Origin: Tubulanus polymorphus
Taxonomy: Eukaryota > Animalia > Nemertea
Assembly (NCBI RefSeq): GCF_964204645.1
Contig: NC_134030.1
Span: 16,368,110 to 16,432,109 of the forward strand
Direction of reading: 5' to 3'
DNA: 64,000 nucleotides
The notes under the pieces: model-generated
Databases searched by the model: none
What the model was told of the DNA's origin: nothing
Seen by the model: the letters and a program-made list of their open reading frames with translations, nothing else
Translations under genes and position numbers: made by a program
Shown: piece by piece, positions 1 through 13,109 of the stretch
How the letters are laid out: every line of letters starts with the position of its first letter
How positions within the stretch are numbered: position 1 is the stretch's first letter

Positions 1-2537
1 GACACGGGAGGTTGATGGTTGGTTACAATGGTGAACTCCTTTCCGTACAGGTAAAGGTGGAAACGCCTGACGGACCAGTAAATGGCGAGCGCTTCGCGAT
101 CAATTTGCGGATATCGAGCCTCGGTCGCTGACAGAGGATGACTCGCGAAGTGTATTGGAGTTATCACATTACGATTAGGTTCTTTCTGGGCAAGAACTGC
201 GCCAAGCCCGATCGGAATAAATCAAGGTGGTTTTGGCAGATAGGGCAGCTTTAAGTTGATCCAAGGCCAACTGCTGTTCGGAACACCGGGTCCAATCTAC
301 ACCCTTGCACGTCAATTTCCGTAGCGGTCTGGTGATGAGCGCGAAATCTTTGATGAATCGAGAACAGAACGCTGCGGAACTAAGCAGGCTACGAATCTCT
401 GTTACGTTGGTCGGTGAAGAGATCTACCTAACGAGGGTCAGGTGAGATACCATCTTTTCCGAACTCATGCCCAAAGAATATCATCTCACGTACGCCAAAC
501 AAACATTTCGGGATGTTGATTGTGAGATTGTTGTCTGATAATCGCTGAAGTACACTGCAAAGACGTTGATCATGTTCTCGTTGATTGACGCCTCCTACAT
601 AGATATCATCGCTTATGTTTCTGACGCCAGGGATACCTGCAATGACATCACTGATTCGTTTCTGGAAAACCTCCGCTGAGCATGACATGCCAAAATTCAG
701 TCGTTTATATCTGAACAACCCTATATGCGTAGAAAAGGTTGTCAGATGTCGCGAGTCCGGGTGCAGCAAGATTTGATGATATCCTTGCTTTAAATCGAGC
801 TTGCTGTGAACACCGTGCATCCATTTAAGTCAGATGCAATATCATCAATGGTCGGAATTACATGCCGTTCCCGAATTATTGCTCTATTAACAGATCGCAT
901 GTCAACACAGATACGTATCTGATTCGGGTCATGCGGTTTCGATCAGTGATATCCAAGGGGTAGGACCTTCGGATGGTTCAATTATGTCTGTCTCTTCAAG
1001 ATCTCAGAGATTTTCTTCAACTCGCTTTCGAACATGGAACGGAATGCGACGATGCGGTTGCGCTACAGGTTTAACTGACGCATCTACATGCACGCGCACA
1101 GGCTCTCCTACGCAGGCGCCCATTCCCGATAAAACATTTGGGAATCGCTTTACGACATCCGGTATATTTGAATCAGACTGGTTTTCCGTACTCGTCATTT
1201 TTGGTTTCTCTGGATCGGATTGCGCATTATCGCTCACAGAATTTGCCACTTTGATGAGACAAAGTTTTTGCGAAGTCTCCCGGCTAAGTAACGAGCTACT
1301 GGGGCCAGACACAACGTATACGGTCTCCCTACAAGATGCGCGATTGTTGCATAATTCAGCTTCGAATTTACCAAGCAGGTCCAACGGTTTTTCCGACTTA
1401 TACGGAAAAATGCGAGATTTCGATTGAATCAGTGTAGGTCTCGGATACAAGTTGAGGTAGACATTGTGGTTGAGAACATTAACGGTTGCATCAGAATCTG
1501 CCATAACGCGGGTCTTGGTAACACTCACTGATATATCGAAGAACGGTTTAGAGCGAGTCATATCAGCAGTATAATGATTTGCACGAAATACATACTCATC
1601 ATCGCTGCTTTGATGAGCTAAGGTTGCGGTGATTGCAGCCTCCTCAGTAGGTGAGGAACCAACGACATGAGTCTGTTTTCGGTTCCTATTGTTAGGTTGT
1701 CTACGTGAGTTGTAGTCTCGATTTCGACTAGGGTCACGGTTACGGTTTCGCTCTGACTGGTTCGGCTTTCCACGACACATTCTAGCAAAATGGTTACGCT
1801 TGTCCCTTCGCAGGACATAGTGTCCGGTGAGGATATACACCACCACACAATCCACAGATTCTTGTATCTGACCAGTTCCGATTCGGTTGACTTGGTCTAT
1901 TCAACATCGCACGTTTCCATGGTAGATTCACTCTCGACTTATTCATTGGTGCTGACAGTGCATGTGACGTATGTTGTTCCATCTCTATGTCCGCTCATCA
2001 GCAGTCTCCATAGCGCGAGCGGTATTTAATAGTTGATTTAACGTGAGCCCTTGCTCGACAGCCTTGCGTCTAAGGCGGGATGATAACGTTCCCTGGATTA
2101 TTTGCCGCTTAATTTCAAGTGTACTATCGGTGAAGTCACACTTACTGGCTAGTATTGACAGTCTCGTGTAAAACTCGGCAGTCGATTCGTTTGGTTTTTG
2201 AGATTCTTTTCGGAACAGGTACACAAGGTGATCAGTACATTTTTGAGGTTCAAAATGTGTAATGTGTAATGTAGCAGCATTGCCTTCTGACGGGTAGCTT
2301 CATCGATAGCCATGGCTGCAAACATGTTTTCTTGGCGCTTGATGTATTTATCGAATCGAATAGGAGCCGTCTCTCTTGGTTGCAGGTCGAATTCGGGAAA
2401 AGAAGGTAGCCCGATAGCGGTATCCATGTTTTCTCGAATTTTTTACGTGTTACTACAGGGTGCGGTGAAGATCGATTAAATGTTACTATATTATGGCTTA
2501 TTCGATTGAAATAATCACAAACAATCGTCGATATTCG

Positions 2538-2555
2538 ATCCCATCCTCGTCGCCA
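2538..2555 (-). promoter_or_regulatory. Primer-binding site complementary to the 3' end of tRNA-Ser(GCU)
   Basis: Minus strand TGGCGACGAGGATGGGAT, 1 nt inside the LTR end; matches my recollection of the ...ATCCCATCCTCGTCG-CCA 3' end of metazoan tRNA-Ser-GCT. Confidence 0.85.
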
Positions 2556-2556
2556 T

Positions 2557-2726
2557 TGAAATGCCTCGAAACATAAAGATGAAAGCCAGAGATCCTCGAT
2601 TATTTGATACCATTAAACGCTTTATTCACTATCACAAAACACCATTGATCACGCTACCAGTACCCACATGACCTTGACCTAAGTTCTATTGTCAGTCACC
2701 ACTAAAGCACGGAGCAGAATATTACA
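2557..2726 (-). repeat. 5' LTR (~170 bp)
   Basis: Minus strand begins TGTAAT and ends TTTCA next to the PBS; AATAAA at 2626-2621. Confidence 0.8.
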
Positions 2727-3230
2727 TATGGGATAAAGGGATTGGCTCTGTCATGGTTTAAAAATTATCTGGAAATTAGGCGTCAAGTAGTTCAACTATC
2801 AAATTATCAATCCCTACCGTTAAATATAACAATAGGTGTACCCAAGGATCAAGTCTTGGACCCTTACTTTTTATTATCTATATCAACGATTGCATAAATG
2901 TCAGCGACACCATTAGATTAATACTTTTCGCTTTTGATGTATTGAAATTATGTATACTGTCATATACTGCTTGATATTTGTCTCCTGTTTATTACGTGTG
3001 TGTGTGTGTGTGTGTGCGTGTGTGCGTGCGTGTGTGAGTGCGTGCGTGCATACGTGTGTGTATGTGCGCGTGTGCGTGCATTTTTTCGAGTTAGGGGGCC
3101 GGATTCGAATAAGTCACTTTTTGACTTCTCCGCATTTTCATAATTGCGTTACATTGTGAAAAAAATTCACACGAAACCCTGTAAATTTTTCTATGATATA
3201 ATGTAATTTTGAAATGCAAAATAAAAAAAA
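2727..3230 (+). mobile_element. CR1/L2-type LINE fragment (RT piece plus probable 3' UTR) that received the Gypsy insertion
   Basis: 2727-2932 translates as YGIKGLALSWFKNYL...GVP..(frameshift)LGPLLFIIYIND...ILFA; A-rich end at ~3220-3230. Confidence 0.75.
2996..3080. repeat. (TG)n/(TGCG)n microsatellite
   Basis: Visible directly in the sequence. Confidence 0.95.
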
Positions 3231-3374
3231 TCACTGGTGCTGTAATGATAAATTCATCTATTTTGATACCTCGTCACCGCAACAGCTTTTCTCCGCCGAG
3301 ATTTAGCTACCTCGTCAACACAACAGCTTTTCTCCGCTGCATCAGTTCGGCGTGTTTAGTTTAGGCCTACGACC

Positions 3375-4708
3375 TTATTCATTATCCTTTATGCGGATGA
3401 CACAGTCATTCTTGCTGAAGATGAGGAATCTCTCCAGTCACATTTGGATACATTATTTGAATATTGCGCCGACAACGGCCTCACGGTGAATGTTGATAAA
3501 ACTAAAATATTAGTCTTCGCTCGAAGTAAAAGTAGGATTAAGCGTATTTCGAAATTCATGTTCGGTAATCAGGAGTTAGAGTTAGTTGAGGATTATGTGT
3601 ATCTCGGAGTGAAATTCAATTGGAACGGTAGTTTCGCTAAAGCAAAAAAATTTCTCTATGATAAAGCTATGAAAGCTATGTATTCTATTATTCAAAAGGG
3701 CAGACGTTTGAAACTTCCAGTAGATGTAATGTTTAAACTATTTGACATGTGCGTCGCTCCTATCGCGTTGTACGGTTGCGAAATCTGGGGATATGAAAAC
3801 CTTGACTTATTAGAAAACCTCCACTGTTTATTTTGTAAAATTATCATGAAAGTTACAAAATATTCCCATAACCTTCAAGTATTAGCGGAGTTAGGACGTT
3901 ATCCTATGTATTATATAAGCGTAAAGCGTAGAATGATTAATTTTTGGGTCAAAACGATAGAGTGCAAACAAAGTAAACTTAGTTCAATTCTCTATAAGAT
4001 ATCTTATAATTTATATCTGAATGATAGGTTTAAGAGCCCCTGGCTTATTAAGAAGACTTTTGATGACTGTGGCCTTTCGTATATATGGACACAACAATCT
4101 ATGGTAAACTCTAGGACTTCTCCAAAACAATTACACCGTTTACTCCGTGATCAGCATGTGCAAGAGACAGAATTTAGGCTAAATAATAACCCGTTATACA
4201 TTAATTTTAGACAATATAAGAAGGATATCAAATTTGAAAACTATATAAATCGGCTTGATGACGACTTAGTGACCAGTTTATTCCAGTTCAGGATTGGGTC
4301 TTATCTCCTACCTGTAAATAAATTGTAAAATCTCCATCTACCGAGAACCGATAGATTATGCCCCACCTGTAACGTTTTAGGCGACGAACTACATTTCATT
4401 TTTGACTGTAAATTACTTACCGTATTCCGTGAAAGCTACCTAAATTCAAATACCTTTCGGAATCTTGATGTTTTAGAAAAAACCAACTTTTAAACTTGCT
4501 AAATTTATCAAATTAGGTCTGGATGTATATAGATCCCTCCGGTAGTGTGTGTAAATAGTATGTTGTATATAACGTTTGTTATGTTTCAAAGTGCTTTTAT
4601 CTACTGTTTTTGTAAATAATTGTAAATACTGTTTCTTTTCCTCCATATACCATGGAAATGGTTGGAGTGTAATAAATATTCGTATTCGTATTCGTATTCG
4701 TATTCGTA
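3375..4708 (+). mobile_element. 5'-truncated non-LTR retrotransposon (RTE-X-like), RT C-terminus to 3' tail
   Basis: LYADDTV at ~3387; ORF 3444-4328 (YGCEIWG, LAELGRYP); after a premature stop, CPTC...DELHFIFDC zinc motif; AATAAA followed by (TATTCG)n tail at 4676-4708. Confidence 0.88.
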
Positions 4709-4902
4709 CGACTCGCCGGTACTGTAATGATTTATCGTAGTAAATATCCGGTACATTTGGTAAAAGAAAATAGAATATTGTTTAACTAACTGTTTGAAGC
4801 CCGCGGAAAAATCGCTGAGAGTAATTCATTTATTTGTACTTGATTTGATTCTCGTGGTGAGGAGAAACTCGCAGCGCATATGCGGAACAACGATGTCAAG
4901 AC

Positions 4903-5646
4903 GCAAAAACCGTAATGTTTCCAATGTCTCCGTTTTTAACGCATGCGCATTAGTGAGTGTTGGTGAAATTCTCCAAGTCCAGAAATCGGTTGAGTGCGCA
5001 GGCGTCACTACATGTCAGAACTTTCAAAACTGGGTCATGTCAGGACGCATAATAATGTGTGTTTTGATGACTCCAATGTTTTCGTTTCTATTAGATTCGA
5101 ATCCCACAATAAATAATTATCTTATTTCATCTTATTTCAATTCGATTTGAACATGGATGACCTGAGTGTCACTCGTTTATTTTTGCGGCGCTACCAGATT
5201 CGAGCCCCGAAAAATACTGAACTTATTTCATTTCAATTTGAACTTTGATGACTCCAGTGTCGCTGATTTATTTTATACGACGCTATCACGTTCGAATCCC
5301 GAAAATGCTGATCTTGAAATGGTAACCATTATGAACTTTGGTGCACTTTCTATGGTGATCCCAATGTCACTGTTTATTTATTTGGACAATTCTTTTAATT
5401 GTATTAACATATAATACGCAAGCATATGATACGAGATTATTTAGACATCACGATCCCGCTGCTAAGTTCGCGCTGGTTCATTTCAAGCGAATACCGTACT
5501 GTGACATGACCCAGTTTTGAAACATGTAAACACTGTCATGACGCCTGCGCACTGTACTGATTTCTCGACTTAGACTTTTTCAACACTTACTAAGCCTAAT
5601 GCGCATGCGTTAAAAACGGAGACATTGGAAACATTACGGTTTTTGC
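4903..5646. mobile_element. Non-autonomous DNA transposon (Mutator/MULE-like MITE)
   Basis: ~140-bp imperfect terminal inverted repeats (GCAAAAACCGTAATGTTTCCAATGTCTCC...); exact 9-bp TSD TGTCAAGAC at 4894-4902 and 5647-5655. Confidence 0.85.
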
Positions 5647-6049
5647 TGTCAAGACAAGTTGATTCATCGATCTTTAAAGCTCAACAGTGCTTTTAATATT
5701 TAGAGTAGTTAATATCCTATGGATCGGTAAAGTGTACTGATGAAGAAAATCGCCGTAATTGTTAAAATTACTGTTTGAAGACCGCAGCTGAATGTGAAGT
5801 CTTGCGGTAATAAATTTGTTTATTTATACTTGAGTTGATAATCTGACGAGCAGCCTACGGTGGATTTCGGGATGACAACTCAGAAAAACATGTCGCCTCT
5901 TTGAATTGGGCCCAATATTCGATGTTTATGGCCCGACAGTGCTTTTTATAACGCCCGTCGATTCATCAAAAAAACGACAGAGTATTTGTAAATCGAAGTG
6001 AGCTAAAGCATATTATACGGATTGTATCGGAAACAGCGGTAAAGTAAAA

Positions 6050-7200
6050 AAGCAACTATGAACTAATTTTGGCGGTTAGCATACTATACTTATGTATAGA
6101 CCTATGTACTCATACCAGGTTTTTTATGTCTATCATAAAATGACTTACACGTGAAAAAACGGATGTTAGAATGAGTTTTCGAAATTTACGCCCCCTAGTG
6201 GTTAGAATAGGAACTTATTTGTGAGGGGTTCGTTGTATTTCATATCCAGGTACATGAGTATCAATTTTCATAGAAATCCCTTTATCCGCTTAGTAGATAT
6301 GAATAAAGATGCATTTCCAGCAACATGGAGGTGGCGCTCCTGGAGAACCATTTAAGTTACCTACTTAAACCATACATCAATACGAGTATCTTGAAAAGGG
6401 TTACTAACCACACATCGCATCCACGATTCTACCGCCAACAGTTAAGGAGCTAGGTGCAGAAATCGTTGTTTTCACAGTCCCCTGGTGGCAGTTGTATGAA
6501 TTAACCAAAGAGGTTGGCATATTACACACATGTCTGTGTACTTATACCAAGTTCTGTGATTTTCATAATAAACAGGCCGCATTAAATGCGAAAAATGGTT
6601 GCTGCAATTAGTTTTCCAAATTTATGCCCCCTAGTGGTTAAAATAGGAACTAATTATGTGGGGGTTCGTTGTATTAAGTAACCAGGTACATGTGTATCAA
6701 TTTTTACAGTAATCCATTGATACCCTTAGTCGATATAGATGAAAATGCGTTTTCCAGCATCTTATAGGTGGCGCTCCTGGAGAACCATATGAGTTACCTA
6801 CTTAGACCATACATCAATACGTCACAAGCGTCTTGTCAAGCGCTACTGATCACTCATTGCAACCACGATTCTATCTCGAAAATCTCATTAAATTAAGAAA
6901 TTAAGAAATTTTCCCATTTTCGAGCCCGTAGAGCCCAAACAGTTAATCACAGATAGGGCGTGCCATTGACTTTTTTAACCTCCAGGCTGTCATGAACAAC
7001 TTTCGTGCTCGCCCGAAGCTGAAAACTCAAAGACACAGTAACTCTTCGATGTCAGAATTTTCAAAAGTAAAACACCCCCTGGTGGGTGAACGGGGTCCCC
7101 AACAAAGGATCCCTTCGTCTTACCTCAAGGTACCTGTGTTCCGTACATCTCACCCAAGTTTCAAGTAAATCCGTTGAGCAATATTCTTGTTACAAGCCGA
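6050..7200. repeat. Dispersed repeat family A with ~437-bp internal duplication (probably Helentron/HINE-type)
   Basis: CCCCCTAGTGGTTAGAATAGGAACT block at ~6191 recurs at ~6627; homologous copy at 13110-14940. Confidence 0.7.
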
Positions 7201-9035
7201 ATTCGAAGTATTAAAGCCTATATATTATGCTCTCTAATTTGTGTTGCCGAATTCGAAGTATATAGCCTGATGCTCTCAAACAAGGCTATTAAAATTCCTC
7301 AGTTGCATTCACTCAAGAATGTCCTATTTCAACGGCAAAACAATCGACTCGTAGAGTGATAACAAGAAAATTAATTTTAATAAATTATTTGCGACTGCGA
7401 AAAAATGTAGAATTTCTGGTATAAGCTAATGTGGAATTGCAAATTTTTATTTAAAGAAATTTGGGGAATTATGGGATTTGACGATTGGGTAGATGATACA
7501 GGTCTTCGACTGATCTAATGAAAAATTGTCAACTTGCGACCGACTTCGATTCATTTTTGCCTCTAAGCTGGTCTGCAACTTCATTGCCTCCATGGTTGAA
7601 GAAAGAGCTCTTCTGATGTCTGCTTTATCATGAGTTCGAGCATATCGTGTAGCCAGCCGGCCCGCTCCCCAGGCCCGGTTTGGCTGTCACTCGATATCCT
7701 AGTCTTGAGTCTGGGTTGAAGTAGACATTGTGATTTAAATAACTTATTCATGTTATTCTGTATGAATTACCCGTGTGTCTTGTATTTGCTAATCCCTTGA
7801 AACCTGCATACCCCTAATATCGAACATATTTTCTAAAATATTTGAATATTGAAATTACATGTTTACACGTTTTCATATTGACCGCTTGTAGCCGCCGACG
7901 AAATTCACACCGGCCCTACACAGATCGTAGATAGCTTCGTCATTCCACCAGCATCTCCATGTCAGGGTCTGACTTTTATATCAGACTTCCAAATCGTGTA
8001 TACATCCGCCATTTAACCGAATAATTCGATTTACTTATCATTTCTATATATGCCTGCCGCTTCTGATATAATCATACATCCATTTCTATTACAATACGTC
8101 CTCTCATGATATTCAATGCAATATAACATTTCGACGTTCAAATAGAGGTCATTATATAATCACAGGAAGCCATTCTACGTCTTTGTCAATAATATTTTGC
8201 CAAATAGCTTGTATGTGTACACATAGACCTGTGACGTTTTGCACATCGATTTACGGTTGTCGCTTGTAAACGCTGAATGGTTAACGTTGTTTAGGTTTCA
8301 TAATGGTAACGTTTTATAAGGCGTCAAAAATACTGTTTACTACAGATCTAGAACAGGGTTCTTTCACTGCTTATACGGATACGCACACAAACACACGTAC
8401 TGATGCGCTGTGGGAATAAGACACGTATACAATACACATACTTGGATTGATACTGTTTGTTAAATTTCGATGTTTAGAGGCACTAGTAAACAGCGCAATT
8501 CCGATGAATCTTATGTACAGTTTTTGTCAATGGAGCATATTAGTGATACAGAATGGTTTCACCGACAGTGAAAGTAATTTGCAGTTGTTTATATCCCTTC
8601 AGTTAGATCCAGTGTGGAAAAGAATAGAATAATAAATATAGCTGCATAGCAGCGATAACGGGTTTTCTGACATTATTTCAAATCATCAACGGTCGAATTG
8701 GAAGGCAACAGTTATATGAAAATGCGTCTTTTGGAGATATGCCAACAAATACCCTTAGCGCAGAGCAATCACTGGTTTTTTATAAGCGCAAAGAAAATGA
8801 GTTTAGTGTATACATGCTAACAAATACCCTAAGCGACGTAGATCATTTATTGCGGCTTTACTTGTAATTAAGAGTTCAATAAAGTTATTGTATTGATAGA
8901 GACTAGGTATATATTAGACTGAGGAGAGAACGGTAACCAGTCTAGGTATATATTAAAGATCGTTTATTACGATAGGCGGCGCATAGTTGGCGAAAATATT
9001 AAAGACTCATAGACCTGGTTCGGGATTTAAATCTC

Positions 9036-11870
9036 GTGATCCTTAACGGTAGATCTGGTAAAGATAGATATATCGGGCGGAATACCTGCAGTGACCGTGC
9101 TGTGGATGATTATGTGATCATGTCGCCTCATTTCATACCTTACTTGAATAGCTTTGAAATCTGTAATTTTAACCCTTTGTTTTCGGACAGGCACTGTCCT
9201 GTTGAATTTTCTGTGTTTTTACGTAAGAAAAAATATAATCAAACAGAAGCACGTAACGATGATATGTCTAATTCGGATATCTCGCTGAAAAGACCTTTTT
9301 GGGTTTATGACTCTAGTGACCAGTTCAGAGAAAATATATCCCAGCTTGAGGTAAACTCTTTATTAGATGAACTCACTTCCTTAGATCCTTCTTCTCTTGA
9401 CCAAAACATCATTGATACGATTATTCAGAAAATTGGTGACATATTCGCTTCAAGCGCGAAAACTACTTTTGGTAAATCCTGGAGACCCGCCAACAATAAC
9501 AGCAGAGTCATGAAAAATTCGCAACCGTGGTTTGATAACGAATGTTACTACGCTAGACAAGAATTTCTCCTTAGGAAAAAAATATTCGATAAAGACCCGA
9601 TTGCCGACAATAAAGTCCATCTCAAATTAGCCAGTAAAACGTATAAGCATCTGTTGAACAAGAAAAAGTCAGAATTTGATTATAAGTTAGCTAAAGAGAT
9701 TGATGGGGATAGAATTCACAATAGTAGGAAATTTTGGAAAAAGGTCATGCCTAGCAAACCGGCACCAATTCAAAAAATTGACCCAAATCGCCTGAGTGAA
9801 CACTTTAGGAAGCTTAACCAATTACCAGCTGATATAAACGAGTTTGATTTTGATAGCCCGATTAACATCGACGATAATTCTAGCCTAAACAGTCCAATTA
9901 CAGAGGAAGAGATTCGACTAGCAATTAAGTCATTGAAGAATAACAAAGCCCCTGGCTTTGATGGTATTTTGAATGAACACATCAAAAACTCGAACGATGA
10001 CATGATGAGGATATATGTCAGAATATTTAATATCATTCTAGATTCTGGAGTAGTTCCGTCAGCATGGGTTCAGGGTTATATCATTCCTTTGTATAAAGGC
10101 AAAGGCGACCAAGGTGACCCAAGTAATTACCGCGGCATCACAATTTTATCATGTTTAGGCAAACTTTTTACACTAGTTCTGAATAATCGTCTGAACAGTT
10201 TTTCCGATGAACTTGATCTCCTAGGGGTAAACCAAGCGGCCTTCCGAAAGAAATTTTCAACCGTAGATCATCTATTTGCCCTCAGAAGCCCGATCGACAT
10301 ATATCTAAGCAAAGGGCAAAGTTTTTATGCGTGTTTTGTGGATTATTCTAAAGCATTCGACAATGTATGGCGAGCAGCCCTATGGCGTAAATTACTTAAT
10401 AACGGGATAGATGGCAAAATTATTAGAATTATTAGGAACATGTATTCTTTAGCCGAATCCTGTGTCAAAACAAAAAACGGGTTCTCGGCGAAATTCTCAT
10501 GTGAATCAGGCGTTCGTCAAGGTGAGAACCTCTCCCCTTTCCTCTTTGCAATCTTCTTACAAGATCTTGAGAAATATTTGCAAGACCACGATTTTCTAGG
10601 ATTAGATAACTTACACTTACTATCTACCTCAGAGTTTGTGCGGGGGTTGGGTCAGAAAATCAAAATGTTTCTACTCCTGTATGCTGATGACACCATTATA
10701 TTAGCGGATTCGAAAGAGCAACTACAATTAGGTCTCGATGCCATGTCTCAGTATTGTATTGATTTTAAACTATCAATAAATGTCAAGAAATGCAACATTA
10801 TGGTATTCAGTCGCGGAAGAAAGAGAAACCCAGAACCTTTATTTAAATTATGTAATCAGACAGTTGATACAGTGCCCGAATATTGTTACTTGGGTGTACT
10901 TTTTTCTTCAAACGGTAGTTTCAAAGCCCATATTAAGTGAGCGGCAAACAAAGGAAGGAAAGCGATGTTTTCTTTGTTACGGCAAGGTAGAAAACTAAGT
11001 TTGTCTGTCCCAACACTTATACACTTATTCAATTGTTTGGTCGTGCCAGTTATGACGTACGGATGTGAAGTCTGGGGGTTTGAAGACTTAGATGAGATTG
11101 ATGCAGTGCAAACCAAATTTTACAAATATCTATTAAAGATGAAAAATTCTACTCCATCAGTTATGGTATTAGGTGAAGTCGGTGAGCTCCCGGTGTCAGT
11201 GTCTATCCACTGTCGTATGGTTTGTTATTGGGCTAAAATGAAAAACGAAATTACGAAGGACAAATGGAATGTTATTTTTTATATGATTTTAGCTGAACTT
11301 ACTGAGAAAGGGTATTTACAATCACCGTTGTTTTTTAAAGTTAAAGGTATTATTTCCCAATGCAACCTCCTTCACGCGTTCAATCAACTAAATGTATCGG
11401 AAAGTTTTATTAAAAGAACTGTTCAAAGTGTCCTCAAAACTGCGTACATTAATTACTTTTGGAACGAACTGCATCATGATAAAAGGTGTTGCTTTTATAA
11501 ACTTGCCAAAAAAGAATTTTGTTTTGAAACGTATCTAAACTTGCCAGCCGATTTAGCTCTTCCTATTTGTTTTTTCAGAACATCAAATCTCTGTATGGAT
11601 TCAATTAACTGTAGACTTTTTGATTTACCCGATTGCCTTCGTTCTTGCTCTTTATGTCATAATATCACTATCTTCGACGAGTATCATCTATTTGCAGAAT
11701 GTTCAATTTTAGACGAGTATAGACAACTAGTTTGGAACGGCCCCATCTCTTTAAACGTATCTAAATTTGGAACCCTATTAAGTAGGTGTAACAACAAATC
11801 TAGAAGATTAGGAATTTTTTGTAAAACGATTGTGAAACTTATCAACCCTCGTCGTCATTTAAGGATCTAG
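9036..11870 (+). pseudogene. LINE ORF2 (endonuclease-RT), frameshifted near 10935
   Basis: The 634-aa and 301-aa ORFs are consecutive parts of one ORF2. Confidence 0.88.
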
Positions 11871-11965
11871 AAACCCACTTCTTTACCATTCAGCCTTCAG
11901 GTCCATTGTAAATATATAAGTAGCTGTAACGTCGTAAATATATTTGTGACTTTCTTAGTATCACT

Positions 11966-12812
11966 TGTGATAGGGGAAATCTAGCTAAGTAGAGCGACAA
12001 CCAAAGAAACACATAAACACCTGAAATTCCGAGAGGAGAAGCAATGTTAGTTTATTGAACCATCAGATGAAACTATATGCAATAATACATGTAGCTATTT
12101 CATATAAATCACAATTAATCAATTTACTAAATATACAATCGTTTAGCTAAACTTACATATAAATATATATAAATATTTTCATATTAATAATATAATAATA
12201 CGTATTTATGGTTTGGATATCGCAAGCTCAAATATTAAAATAAACTTTATAAAGAGGCCTGAACATATAAAAATAATAAGGTTTAGATCTTACCTGAAAT
12301 TCCGAGAGGAGATGCAATGTTAGTTTATTGAACCATCAGATGAAACTGACCATTTTCGGACAGTTCTCAACCTTGATGGTTTTGGCTCCTCCCCTTGGAT
12401 CAGGGCACATACTCAAAATCTCATTGGCTAAGGGTCTCGTTACCCTGGCGATCTGTGTTGTGTTAGTTTGTGAGCACCAAACATTTGGAGTAATTATCAA
12501 CGTATTGTCTTAAAGATTTGCTCGACTAGTTTTGTCGAGCTGTGAACAATATGTGTCCAGACAGTTCGTCTCTCTTTTAAAACAAAGGACAGATGTCATA
12601 AAGTTATATACGCTTTATACTAGATGTAACTTGAAAGAAATACACTTTCTAAAAAAAAATAATAATTCAAGGAAATTGTCATCATAATTAGAAAGCTGAA
12701 CTAACGCTGATTAAAACTATGTCCAATATGATGTATGTAACATATATAATTGATGAATAACGTATAGAAATGAATTAGTAAAATTGAGCTTGTTATATAG
12801 CTGTACATAACA
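11966..12812 (-). mobile_element. Probable solo LTR inserted in the LINE 3' UTR
   Basis: Minus-strand termini TGTTAT...ATCACA; internal AATAAA; 56-bp internal direct repeat; LINE UTR and tail appear to resume after 12812. Only 3 bp (ACT) shared by the flanks. Confidence 0.5.
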
Positions 12813-13109
12813 ACTTCATTTTTCTTTGTATAGAGTATATAACATGTATTCTGTGTACAGCTGTTGTGTTCCTTTTTTCTCTGTCAAATTTTATTGATTA
12901 TTCTATATTATTCTATATTTTACGTTATGTTATACAATTGTAAATACTTCTTGATGTCCCTCTGTATACCTCTCGTTGAGGTGATGAGTGTAAATAAATT
13001 TCATTTCATTTCATTTCATTTAAAGCGACTAAATTTAGTAGTAGGGTTTAACGACTTATAGGCGCTTTGGGTTTTATTTGATGTCATTAATGAAATGTTA
13101 TGATTGCAT

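Larger units (their letters stand above)
1..2726 (-). mobile_element. Decayed Ty3/Gypsy LTR retrotransposon (Mag-like; 5' LTR, PBS, gag, protease, RT, RNase H; runs off the window start)
   Basis: Frameshifted ORF pieces: gag (2427-1985), two zinc knuckles (CGLCGGVYPHRTLC...NHFARMC), protease motif mutated to DSDAT, RT (LDLKQGYHQI, FGMSCS, ISDD), RNase H (GLGAVLAQ...EALAIYW) at 1-250. Confidence 0.93.
9001..13021 (+). mobile_element. 5'-truncated non-LTR retrotransposon (RTE-X-like): partial APE, RT, zinc motif, 3' UTR, (TTTCA)n tail
   Basis: ORFs 9036-10940 and 10965-11870 separated by one frameshift; SDRHCP, KAPGFDGI, NYRGITILS, VDYSKAFD, GVRQGENLSP, LYADD, YGCEVWG, CSLC..DEYHLFAEC; AATAAA and (TTTCA)n at 12993-13021. 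Confidence 0.92.

Noticed and set aside
984-1427. 147-aa plus-strand ORF
   Set aside because: Antisense shadow of the Gypsy pol region; no recognisable motif.
12019-12347. Hammerhead ribozyme in the 56-bp repeat (CTGATGG/GAAAC)
   Set aside because: The core elements are on opposite strands or in the wrong order, and supporting stems are absent.
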